64,000 bases of DNA. It comes from Rhynchobatus australiae. Its lineage: Eukaryota. Under the pieces are notes generated by a model. It did not search any database, was not told where the DNA came from, and saw only the letters and a program-made list of their open reading frames with translations. Of the stretch, positions 1 through 11,499 are shown in pieces. The stretch's first letter is position 1; each line of letters opens with the position of its first letter. The translations under genes were made by a program, and so were the position numbers. The stretch is taken from NCBI GenBank assembly GCA_034780895.1, contig JAUZTB010000057.1:13236267-13300266 (forward strand), in the 5' to 3' direction.

Positions 1-1644
1 ATTTCAATTGTGGCAGCAGCATTCAAGTCTTGGACAGATTTGATGATAAACTAGAGAAATGCAGTGGAAGAAAATTCCACTGGCAAGTAAGTGGAAATTC
101 AACCATTTGGAGGCAGGTCCAGTAACTGACTACTTGTCTAATTTGGAGTCAGAGGAAGTTATGAGAACATGGATGTCATTAAATGAAGATAAAGTAACAT
201 TGCTTGTACATAAACTTTAAATTTTGTGAGAGCGCATGATATAATCTCTCAGAACGCAGCTTTAATGAATAGCTACTTTTGATATTAAACCATTTACTGT
301 GTCCAATGATATTGGAATAAAACCAATGAAGAAAATGAGAAATGTATTTTATTTTGCTGTTTTGGCATCTGTAGTGGGCACTACAGTAAAAATACATTAA
401 CTACATCAAAAAAGGATTGTTGTATATTGTATGTGGTAATGTAATATATGACAACCAGCCATTTGTAAGGACAGATACAATTTCAGCATTGTTTAATCAG
501 GTTAACTAAGTGCAGGCATAGGATTTTTAGTCATTAAAGTGCATTTATGTTCTTGACAATCAGACATTTACTTGGGGCAGTGAAGTATTGACAATACACA
601 GGAAGTTATGCCTCAGCTTTTAAGCATGTTATATAAATCAGGTTGTTGTATGCTTACACTGCTGTGTAAGTCATTTCTTTCTACTTAAAGACTTTGTAAC
701 ATGCATTATAAACTTAATTATTTAAAATTAGCATTCATGTTTTTTCCAAAGGTTGTTCCCAGCGGTGCTGCTTGTCCTTCTGTAGACTGAAGAATGGAAT
801 TGTCTGGACCACATACAGTATCTAACTATAGTTTGAAGGAGGTATGCTTGTCTTGGAGAGAGTTAACATCCTCTGTTGTTGCATGTCTCTTCAACAGTCG
901 TCAGATTATTCAAGATTGGTAATTGCTTTCCAAGCAGCCCCTTCAACCCTACTNNNNNNNNNNNNNNNNNNNNNNNNNNNNNNNNNNNNNNNNNNNNNNN
1001 NNNNNNNNNNNNNNNNNNNNNNNNNNNNNNNNNNNNNNNNNNNNNNNNNNNNNNNNNNNNNNNNNNNNNNNNNNNNNNNNNNNNNNNNNNNNNNNNNNNN
1101 NNNNNNNNNNNNNNNNNNNNNNNNNNNNNNNNNNNNNNNNNNNNNNNNNNNNNNNNNNNNNNNNNNNNNNNNNNNNNNNNNNNNNNNNNNNNNNNNNNNN
1201 NNNNNNNNNNNNNNNNNNNNNNNNNNNNNNNNNNNNNNNNNNNNNNNNNNNNNNNNNNNNNNNNNNNNNNNNNNNNNNNNNNNNNNNNNNNNNNNNNNNN
1301 NNNNNNNNNNNNNNNNNNNNNNNNNNNNNNNNNNNNNNNNNNNNNNNNNNNNNNNNNNNNNNNNNNNNNNNNNNNNNNNNNNNNNNNNNNNNNNNNNNNN
1401 NNNNNNNNNNNNNNNNNNNNNNNNNNNNNNNNNNNNNNNNNNNNNNNNNNNNNNNNNNNNNNNNNNNNNNNNNNNNNNNNNNNNNNNNNNNNNNNNNNNN
1501 NNNNNNNNNNNNNNNNNNNNNNNNNNNNNNNNNNNNNNNNNNNNNNNNNNNNNNNNNNNNNNNNNNNNNNNNNNNNNNNNNNNNNNNNNNNNNNNNNNNN
1601 NNNNNNNNNNNNNNNNNNNNNNNNNNNNNNNNNNNNNNNNNNNN

Positions 1645-2442
1645 ACCAAGGGATATTGGGGTGCAAGTCCATAGCTCCCTGAAAGTGTCGACACCAGTAG
1701 ATAGGGTGGGAAAGAAGGCATACAGCCTACTTACCTCGGTGATGTGAAATATAAAAGTCAGAAAATCCTATTTCAGTTGTATAAAACTATGGTCAGGCCA
1801 CATTTGGGGTGTTGTGTGCAGTTCGAGTAGCCACATTACAGAAAGGATGTGGAGACTTTGGAGAAGTTACAAAAGAGATTCACCAGGATGTTGCAAGTAT
1901 TAGCTTGAAGAGAAGTTGGATTGATTTCTCTGGAGCATTGGCGGCTAAGGGTCAACAAAATTAAAGTACATAAAATTATGAGAGGCATTGACAGGGTCGT
2001 CAGAGGATGGAAATGTCAAGTTCTGTTCTGTGGTCAAATGTCAATTTTGTTCCTGTTTTACCTGTGTAATACACTGTGTAATGGAATTGATCTGTATGAA
2101 CGGTGTGCAAGACAAGTTTTCACTTTACCTCGGTACATGTGACAATAATCCAATGCCAAATACTAGAGGACATAGCTTTAAGGTAAAAGGGGAAAAGTTT
2201 CAAGGACATGTTTGTGGCAGGGTTTTACACAGAGAGTGGTAGGTGCCTGGAACACCAGGGGAGGTGGTGAAAGCAGAAATGATGGTAACATTTAAGAGGC
2301 ATTTAAACAAGCACATGAACAGGCAGAGGACTGAGGGATATTGACCACATGCAGGCAGATGTACAGTTTAAAATGGGCATCATGGTCGGCACAGACATTG
2401 TGGGTTGAAGGGTCTGCTCCTGTGCTGAAGTGTTCAGTGTTC
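1645..2442 (+). mobile_element. CR1-type LINE 3' fragment
   Basis: Degenerate L.LYKT.VRPHL..CVQF..PHYRKDV..LE..Q.RFTRM segment plus the typical elasmobranch CR1 3'UTR (GGGCATCATGGTCGGCACAGAC..GGGTTGAAGGG..CTGTGCTG). Begins at a gap. Confidence 0.85.
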
Positions 2443-4039
2443 AACCTCAGCCAGTGAGTTGAGCAGATAACTTTTAATTGCCCACTAGTCCTACTGGCAC
2501 CTAACCAGTTGGGTTAAGCTCTCCTCGACCTTCAGTCTCCAATTCCAGTCTGATGAGTGTTGATCCATGTGTGAATGAAGAACTTTGACTATATACCAGA
2601 TGCACCATTTTGTATAATATGGTTAGAGGGGAAATGCAAGCTTGCGTAATTGATAAAAGAACTCAGGTGGGAGGCAGAGAAATCAATAAAAGGGATAAGC
2701 GCAAATGTGACTGCCATTTGGATATCTGTCATTCAATAAGGAGAGTAATTTTCACCTTCAGTATATTGTAAATCAAAGCCAAGTTGGCTCCAGAATGGGT
2801 AGGTAATCCCCTTTTCCAGTATACTTCCAAAAAATGTTGAATCAAACATTACAACTTCATATTGCAATCCAAATTGGGTGTTTTGAAAAAGATAGGCAAC
2901 TTTGTGAGACAGCTGAGTCTAACTAAACAGGTTTAAGTGCTACAATGAAATAAACGTTTCCAAGTGTGGGGGATAAAAAGACACATACTTTGATTATTCT
3001 TGTGTTTTCTATTAAAATTCAAATATATTGCCCTCCTCACTCTCACTCCTCTCCACAACACTGTACTGGAAACATTGTCGTGTCTTAACATAACCCAGAA
3101 CCTGAAAACTGTCCAAATTCTTACCATCTCTATATTTCCTTCCCATTGACAATGGATGTTTCATTTCACAAATCTAAGCTGGGCCTCTTCAAAAGTATTG
3201 AATGTTTCTTAATTTATCTCATCTTATTCTAACTCTTGGAGGTGTACAGGCCTAAGGGATGTGAGGATCCTTACTGAGTTTTCCTAATTAAGGTTTAAAA
3301 ATCATAAAGAATCAACATTGAGAAACGTCACCTCTGACCATAAAATGTTGATAATATTTGGAATATAGCCCACATTTTAGTGGATCTCATTAATTCTGAA
3401 GGGGCTAATTGTCAGTTTGAAAATTCCAAACTGAGTAGGAGTAAAAGTCAACTTGCCAGCTCTCTGCCCTCCTGTAAAAGTCTTGAGCTGTTTGGCAGCT
3501 TATGGAATTATTGTCTGGAATCGTGCGTTGGTGTGTGCTAGGCAGAAGGTCTGTTTCAAGTAGATGGGGATATGACCCATAGAGCAAGGCAGCCCTTACT
3601 GTCCTCTGTTGTCAGACACATTTTTCCACTGTATTGGCATGGAAATATAAAAGGAATCTATATGGCCCTTGCCAGAAATTTATTCCTTCTGAGACTTAAC
3701 GCTTTACTTGTCGTAGTACATCAACGTAGCCTAAATGAAGCTATACCTGCAATCAGGCTGAAACTATCCATTTAGATTTTCATTTTGAAAGACTGCACAT
3801 TCAAATCTTCCTCTGCTGTTGTTTGCGACAATATAAATATCTCTTTCCTTGTTGAGCTGAAGGCATCCTGCATGTTAATGTAACTTGAAGAAAGTTAACA
3901 TAGAAACTTGTCCTTTGTAAATTCACTGAACAATTGAGCATCCCAACTGGTAGCAGAGGTCTTTGTCACTGAGGTGACTTCAAAAGTCAAAGGAAGAGAG
4001 CTGCATGTCAAGATCGCTCCTCAATGATAAGAACAATCC

Positions 4040-4230
4040 CCAAAGAGGTGATCACTCCCATAAACAAGAACAACAGTCTCAGAGCACTGTTGAAAGTAAA
4101 GCATAACCCTTCTTTGATGCACTTCTCCCTCAACTAATGCCATCAACAAGCAGGCCAGCTTGTTACTTCATTTATTTGTGGAATCTTACAACAATGGCGG
4201 TCATATTTCTCTGTATAACTCCACTGCTCT
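4040..4230 (+). mobile_element. Deu-domain SINE fragment
   Basis: GCACTGTTGAA..CCCCTCAACTAATGCCATCAA..TTTGTGGAATCTT..ATGGCGG resembles the Deu core and tail. Confidence 0.4.
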
Positions 4231-4967
4231 TCTGATAGGTGGGTTATTAATTGTTTTTCTAATATAATTCTAAAAAGTGAGATAAATGTTTGCATCACAG
4301 AAATGTTCAACCATTTTTGATCTTCAAATCATACATTTTTTTCCTGCGTTTCTGTAATATTTGCCAATAATTTCAGAGTGTTGTGCTGTGGCTAAATTCA
4401 CAAATGGCCATATTTACCACTTTGCAATTCTGCAATGTGCTATAGAACAGTTTTCATCATCAAAGGCTCTGAGTAAATGCAAGTTGTTCATTGGGTCTAC
4501 TGGTTTAAAGGAATTTTCACTCATATTGAGGGGATTAGTTTTGACAATTCTGCCCACTTTCCTGAAAAGACATAGGTCAGTGATTTTGCACTTGCACTCA
4601 TTTCTGGATACAATTCAATGTTAACTTCAGTAAAACACATGCCAAAAAAATGGAAGAAAAATGAAAAGGTTATCAACAAGATAGTTCACAAGTTCATGAT
4701 GCATTCCAGCTTTTTGTCAGAGCAGGAGGTGTCAGAAAGTCTGGCCCCTGCTTCTATCAGCTCATGTCCCAGGTATTCAAGTGTAGGCGATAAAAAGGGA
4801 TCACAGGTTCAAATTAAAAGCATAAGCAGATAAACCTTCCAATGCCCAAAGGCTGATCATCCTCCCATGTGGGTGGGTGATTTACTTGGCACCTTTCTCA
4901 GCCCTGGAACTTTTTCCTGGTCACCAGCAGTTCCTGCTGAGTTCACACTCAGATGCAAATACAAAAT

Positions 4968-5325
4968 GGTTATAGAGTCATTGAGTTACGCAGCACTGAA
5001 ACAGGCCCTTCAGCCCAACTCGTCCATGTCGGCCAAGTTGCCTGCCTGAGCTCATCCCGTTTTCCTGCATTTGACCCATATCCACCTGAACCTTTCCTAT
5101 CCATGTGCCTGTCCAAATGTCTTTTAAGTGTTGTAATTGTAGCTGCCTCTGCCACTTCCTTTGGCAGGTTGTTCCACACACCCACCAATCTCTGTGTAAA
5201 AAAAATGTTGCCCCTCAGGTCCATTTATATCTTTCCCCTCCAACCTTAAATCTATGTCCTCTAGATTTAGACTCCCTATCTTGGGGAAAAAGACTGCGAC
5301 CACTCACTTTATCTATGTTCCTCAC
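4968..5325 (-). mobile_element. CR1-type LINE 3' end
   Basis: ORF 4970-5224 (FFTQRLVGVWNNLPKEVAEAATITTLKRHLDRHM) is the CR1 ORF2 C-terminus plus tail. Confidence 0.9.
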
Positions 5326-5690
5326 GAACATACAGAATCACCATGAAAACAGGCCCCTTGACCCACCATGTCCCTGCTAACTATCAGCCACTCATTTACA
5401 TTAGTCCTACATTAATCATATTTTTTATTCTGTCCACATCCTCATTAACTCCTCCCAGATTTTATCGCTCACCTGTGTACAAGGAGCAATTTACAGTGGC
5501 CACTTAAGCTACCAATGCTCATGTCTTTGGGATGTGGGAGGAAGCTGGAGCATCCGGAGGAAACCCACCTGGTCATAAGGAGAACGTGCAAACTCCACAC
5601 AGGCAGCACCTGAGGTCAGGATTGAACCTGAGTCTCTGGCACTGTGAGGGAGTGGCTCCACTGGCTATGCAATTGTGTTGCCCACACATA
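5326..5690 (-). mobile_element. HE1-like tRNA-derived V-SINE
   Basis: The reverse strand has a tRNA-like head with B box GGTTCAATCC, the V-domain TGTGTGGAGTTTGCACGTTCTCC..GGGTTTCCTCCGG, and a CR1-like tail. Confidence 0.8.
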
Positions 5691-5799
5691 TATACAGATG
5701 TTCTCTTATGTTTTAAAAAAAAGAGCAAATTGTAAATTTGACTTCAGGCATAACTGAGTTTTTGGAAAGATGTTTTTAAAAATATACTTCTGTGGAAAA

Positions 5800-5936
5800 A
5801 AAATGTTCTGATGAAAGATGATCTTCTTGAAAGCTTAACATTGTTTCTCTCACCACAGATGCTGCCTGACCTCCTGATTATCTCCGCCATTTGTTTTTAT
5901 TTCAGATTTGCAGCATCCACAATATATTGCTTCTGT
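5800..5936 (+). mobile_element. Penelope-like pseudo-LTR copy
   Basis: CTGATGA..GAAA followed by TGTTTCTCT..CCACAGATGCTGCCTGACC..TTTTTATTTCAGATTT..CAGCATC. The same unit recurs many times in the window and caps the GIY-YIG remnant at 57.2-58.0 kb. Confidence 0.75.
5802..5842 (+). ncRNA. Minimal type-I hammerhead ribozyme motif in a Penelope pseudo-LTR
   Basis: Stem I AATGTT (5802-07)/AACATT (5837-42); core CTGATGA (5808-14); stem II AAGA/TCTT with a 6-nt loop; GAAA (5829-32); palindromic stem III within AAGCTT; NUH = CTT (5834-36). Confidence 0.6.
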
Positions 5937-6757
5937 ATTCATGCAAATATTAGTTGCTTTCCACTGTGTGTGTTCTCTCAAGCTAGCCTTGAACAAAGAA
6001 ACAATTTATTTTGAGGAAGCTGTCCTCACATCTTATGATGTTACAAATCTAACCTACCATATTTAAATAAAGCTTCAATATTATACCCATAGAGGGATAA
6101 TTTACCAGCTTGGGGATTTATTAAAAAAATATTTTAAGTCTCATGCATAACACTGAATTAATATTTAAAAATTCCTTCAAGACCATGTAGAATTTTTCAA
6201 CAAAATATTGCCCTTAACTGAAATCACTCTTACCAGTAGCACGATTCCCTTCATTAATAATTGATTTGATAGCAGTATATGGGAAAATTACTATTAAACT
6301 AGATTTTCAGAATTTTCAGTTACTTTTTCTTATCTTTGCTGTTAAGTTAGCTGCTTGTAAATGCAGCATACTGTTTTTAAAAAAAGCATCAAATCAAAAA
6401 GTGAAGCAGAGGCAAATTTTACTTGGCATCTAATAGTGGGATGCCTCAATGGGAAAATCCCTGGGTCACTGAAGTAAGAGAACAGCCTTTAGCTCTCACT
6501 CTGTAAGAATAAGCTATTAACACATTCAGGAGCTTCTGTTCCATGACTGCTCACTGTTAGTGGGTAATTAATGGTGTTTGTTCAAAGCAGGACTAAAAGA
6601 TGCAGGGTTATTTTAGATCATTAGGCTACATTATAGCTGAAAGAAACATGTTCGCTTCATATTGCTTGGTCTCAGCTCCTTAAACCCTTGCCCCATTTTG
6701 TACATTAATTTTGCCCTGCCCTTTGTAGGTTCTCCAGTATTGCACATTTTCCTTGAC

Positions 6758-7060
6758 ATTAGAGTCCCTCAGGATCAAGGATGACATCTTCCACTCCAGT
6801 TTTGTGGCATCTGAGGTGACTAGTGAGGCCAATGTGGCTGCCACAGAGTCTTCCAAAGATGGAGCAAGAGGTGCCGAATGGACAGGTGAATGATAGTTTG
6901 TATGCTCCTTTCACCACTGGATTTCTGGACGTTCCCAGTGCATGGAATTGAGAAGCTCTCCACCTCCGCTTTGAGCGGTCATGGACAAGGAATTCCCAGG
7001 AGTCTGTAGTATCTTTCCCCAAGGAGATTTTAAGAACATTCCTGAAGATTTTCCTCTCAG
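6758..7060 (-). mobile_element. RTE-clade LINE 3' fragment
   Basis: Translation DSWEFLVHDRSKRR...CSIFGRLCGSHIGLTSHLRCHK matches the RTE/BovB-like C-terminal motif. Confidence 0.75.
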
Positions 7061-7081
7061 ATGGAAGAACTCAGTATATGA

Positions 7082-7242
7082 AAATCAAAAAAAAACTGCA
7101 GATGCCGGGAATTTGAAATAAAACAGAAAATGCTGAAAATACTCAGCTAGTCAGGCAGCATCTGTGGGAAGAGAAACAAAGTTAATATTTCAGCTTGATG
7201 ACCCTTCATCAGAATTGTATTTTCTGTTTTGATCTCAGATTG
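7082..7242 (-). mobile_element. Penelope-like pseudo-LTR copy with hammerhead core (7180-7216)
   Basis: The reverse complement reads AATT-CTGATGA-AGGGTCATCAAGCT-GAAA-TATT-AACT followed by the same tail as the 5800 copy. Confidence 0.75.
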
Positions 7243-8639
7243 AATATCTGATGTCCTCCGACTGACAGGGCAGAGAGGAAGCCTTTGCCTGAGCCCAGCT
7301 GATGATACAGTCATTTGGAGGGAAAGAGCAGATGCTCAGAAGAGATAAGAGTGGGGCTATGGAAATGAATGGAAATAAAACAAGCACAAGACCAAGCTTC
7401 TTTTCACCCCCATAGATATCAAAGGATCGCTGGTGTACTTCATTCGTCTGCAGATACTGGCCTGGTGCTATATCACCACATTAATCCAATTCTGAGAGCT
7501 ACTGTCACATGTCAAGCTGACTCTTCCACTTCTGGCTTTGTTTTCAGCAGGAGAAGGCTCTGATTTGATCAGGCCATTTGAAAACGTATTCTGATTCATG
7601 GCCTTTCCACCATATTCCTTTTGGAGCAAGGGAGAATAAACCAGAAGCCCTCTGAAGGTCATATTTAATTTTAAATATTGACTCCCTTTGGGAGCTGGAT
7701 AAAATGAGGCCTTAATTTAGTATTGAAAACCTGCATTTCCCCAGTATTGGGAAAATAAAGGCCAAATGGGTCTCATGAACATGTCATCCTACAGTCGTGT
7801 GCCATGATCCATTGCATCCGTGGTCCAGTTGCCATTTAGTCTTCGGAGTGAGACAAAAATAAAGGTAAATAAAAATCCAGGTCACTCTGGGGGAGGTTGT
7901 GTGGGTCGGGAGGGGAGGGTTGATGCTTGAGGCTGTTGCATGGACTGCAGAGGCAGTTCGTTGGGTGGGGAAAGGGTTGGGGTTATTAGTTAGCAAGGAG
8001 AAAACTGAGAAATTCCTATCTAACCTACTAAGATGATCAAAGCAAGTTTCAAGGATCAAAATGATTACAAGATGGGTGACAATATGATAGATGTCTCTAC
8101 ACCTCACATGTTAAATCAGTCGTAGACTGGATCTTGCCCATTTTGAATGCTTGCTGAGAATTTGCAGTCACTATATGAGAAGGCAATTTCATCCATTATT
8201 AAGTGACCATATGCAAAATGAAAAATCTCAAAACTTCCATCCTGGTTCTTAGTGTTTGTGATTTAGGTGCATGACCTCTGACTTTCCCAAACTTAATCAA
8301 CTGGAACAGTTATTGACACAGACACACAAACTGTTTCCACAACCATTTAAAAAATCTCAAACAAATTTCCATCCTCCTTTTTGTGGAGGACAGCTAACTG
8401 GCACTTAAATCCTTTCATAGTTACCAGATAACTTTAGGCTAAAAAGCATTCTAATGATATTCCTCCAAACCTTTTCCAATGTTTTCATATCTCCCTAGAT
8501 ATGAGAAGGCTACAACTGGCCTCTGTAAAATAGATGAGGTCTAACCAATGTCTTGCATATGGATATTTTATTCCCTTTAGTTTTGTACTGGATTATCCAA
8601 GTAATACATTCCAATACTATTGCTTTGGCTCTGTCTTTT

Positions 8640-8830
8640 CAGCACCGGACACAAGCATTTAAAGTTTTATTTACAATTACATGTGAATCATGGTTTCGCT
8701 CAACAGTTTTCAAGGTTGTAAACTTACATTGTATATGTGTGTTGATAACACCACCTCTATCTATATTGAATGTGACATTACTGTCTATCATCGGATCATT
8801 CCCCATCACATCCAAATCTGCTTGAAGTTT
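8640..8830 (-). mobile_element. Old CR1/L2 RT fragment
   Basis: LQADLDVMG....NVTFNIDR..VI resembles the LQxDLD..W...FNxxKCxV motif. Confidence 0.5.
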
Positions 8831-9510
8831 TTTTTCCTCGCAAAACTCTTCATCTTTTATTACAGTCAGTATATTAGGCCAACGGTGTGAATGATATTTT
8901 ACCAGCACAGAACATGACTTACCTGACTGAAACTTCAGAATATGGGAGGCACCAAAATGTCTTAATATTGTGCCTTTTATTCTCATTCCTGTCATAATAT
9001 TATGACATCATTATTTTTTTTAAGTCTCTTTCCATACACATCGCAGTAAAAAAAAATGCCTTTTTAAATGGCTCACTCAAGTGAACGTATTAAGGTAAAT
9101 CACTTTAAACATAAAGAGCCCAGCTGTCCCACTTGAGCTGCATAATCAGGATGGAGCTCAGCTGGTCACCACATGCAAGCTCTGCCTGCACACTCCTTCC
9201 CATTCTGGTTGTCTGTTTGTTAATCCCATGCTGCACATAACTTGGATGAAATGATCTGAAGTGAGCTCTGACTTGCTGATGACCCTTCCAAGTCTAAGCA
9301 AGGATGATCATGAAGTGTTGATGTGACAGCTTTGTTGTTTTCCTTCATCTTCTTCCTGTTTGAGAATGGGCTTCGACTTCCCAGACCAGAGTTGCCATTG
9401 GAAATACATTGTTATAATACTTCATGAATGGCATTAAGGTGTTCAGAAGCACAATGCCAGTTTTAACGTGACTGTTTCCTCCAGTTCCTGACAAAGCCTG
9501 CAAGTTGCAG

Positions 9511-9770
9511 CAACCAAGAATCTGCTAGAAGAACTCAATGGGTCTAGCAGTATCTGTAGGAGGAAAGGAATTGTCTATGTTTCAGGTCGAAACCCTAGGT
9601 GCTGAGATAGAAGTGAGATAAAAGGCTGAGATACAGGGTTGGGGCATTCATGATGCAGGGTTTTGATATGAAACATTGGCAATTCCTTTCCTCCCACAGA
9701 TGCTGCTCAACCCACTGAGTTCCTCCAGCAGATTGATTGTTGCTCCATATTCTTGTGTCTCTTGTGTCTC
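9511..9770. mobile_element. Palindromic Penelope pseudo-LTR pair with target-site duplication
   Basis: Arm 9511-9596 is the inverted copy of arm ~9657-9741. Flanks are CCTGCAAGTTGCAG (9497-9510) and CCTACAAGTTGTGG (9770-9783). Confidence 0.75.
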
Positions 9771-9951
9771 CTACAAGTTGTGGCCCAGATAAAAAGCAAG
9801 ACTGGCCCTTACAAGCTGCCTTTCACAGCCTGGGATTGCCAGTCCACACAACAAAATGCATTTTGAGTGTCCTCACTTATTACTTAGGAATCGTGGCAGT
9901 TAATGTGTGCAGAGTAAGATCCCTCAAACAATAATTAGATAATCTATTTTA

Positions 9952-10052
9952 CGGTTCTGACGAAGGGTCACAGACCCATAGCATTGGCTGTTTCTCTTTC
10001 CACAGACACTGCCTGACCTGCTGAGTCTTTTCAGAATTTTCTGTTCTTATTA
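9952..10052 (+). mobile_element. Penelope-like pseudo-LTR copy (hammerhead GAAA decayed)
   Basis: CGGTT-CTGACGA-AGGGTCACAGACCC-ATAG-CATT-GGCTG, then TTTCTCTTTCCACAGACACTGCCTGACCTGCTGAG. Confidence 0.7.
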
Positions 10053-11499
10053 TCCATTTCACAGGTTGTAAATCAGCCATTGTCAACAGTATTTAAAGGA
10101 ACTTTGTAATACCTGCAAGAAGGGGAAGATGGAAGCATTTTCACTGCCCTTGCTTTTGTGTTTCAGACCAGTATTTGATCTTTTTGTTGCTGCAATATTT
10201 TTGCTGCCACTACAAACCACCACTGACTTCTACTCCCAACTCCACCCCTCCCCCTTTAATGTTGTGGTTCAGACCCATTGCGATTTCTTGTCTTGCCAAC
10301 TTTCCCACCCTCCCAATGGCTGCCAGCCTGTAAGCAGCATGCTCAGTGCTGGCAGCTGCCCGTGTGATTGTCAAGAAAGCCTGAGCATTAAAATCCTTCA
10401 AAGGATCGCAGCGGGCAGGTGGAGTGAGGTGGTGGTGTGGGGAAGACATTGATGGACAGCCAGCCAAAGCGAATTCTTCCCTACTGTTCACTGATACTGA
10501 GCAACGGATGATTCATGAGAACTGCGAACATCAGTGCTCACACTTATACCAATCTGGTGAGATGATGTTTGATGTTTTTTAGGTCTACTTTTCAGAGGAC
10601 ATTTCTTTAGTGTGCTGTACTGCAATGGAACGATGTACAGTTCCAAGCCGGGGCAGTAGCATGCAGAGGCCCAAAGGAGAAACCTATTGTGACATGAGTG
10701 TAAACTGGAAATTCAAATTGTTGTCAGCAATTAATTCCAGATAATCTCCACTGGACAATGACAATTAAAATGGAAGTATCATGCACTGAATGATCCTCTA
10801 ATCTGATTGTTTTAATGTGGATATTCTATTATGCTGCAGTAAATCTTCATCGTTTTCTAAATCATATTTGATGGCTGTTGTCCCATGATTGGAATTTTCT
10901 GGGATCTTAGTTTCCAGCAGGAAACAACACTCAAAAATAAAACTGGGGGAGAAAAAGGAGTGATCTCTTATCACAAACGCTACCATCCAAAGTCCAGATG
11001 GAAATACAGGACCAGGGAATCAACATTTTTCTTCGTGCTGTGACATCATCAGTTTCTTCTCCAATGACATCAGGATTAGGGAGATTGATACCCAACCCAC
11101 TGTCTCCAGTTCATGGCTTCATTAAAGTAGATTTACAAATTCTTTTCTGCACTGAATGCCTAGTCTGAGATTATGGTCAACTAACAAATCATGGGCATAA
11201 ACTAGAGAGCAAAGAATCAGTGAGTACAGCTATATAGATTTCCCAATATAACCTCTAAAATATTCTTGCAATTGGTGGATTGTACTCCTATTTAAATTTT
11301 ATCTGAATATACATAAACTTTTGGTTAGATTGAAACAGATCAGCTTCCTAGTTATTAGCTGTATCGTGCAGTATTTCTTGTTTTTTTCAAAGCAAATAAT
11401 GAACTCTAGGCCTGAGATTTGGATTAAGTCACTCCAGTTGATATTCAAATGAGGAGATTCTGCCCCTTTGTTGTGGAATGCCATTTTATGTTGTCTCTT

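Noticed and set aside
844-1747. Long ORFs in the track (also 23883-24444 and 37080-37968)
   Set aside because: They only span N gaps and are translation artefacts.
2545-2590. CAGTCTGATGAG resembling a hammerhead core
   Set aside because: No properly placed GAAA or stem II/stem I pairing follows.
7792-7864. CAG...AAG/GTAAAT exon-like segment with CpGs
   Set aside because: Stop codons in all three frames.
10420-10560. Open stretch ending in a CTG/GTGAG donor-like site
   Set aside because: No convincing acceptor, no recognisable peptide and no partner exons.
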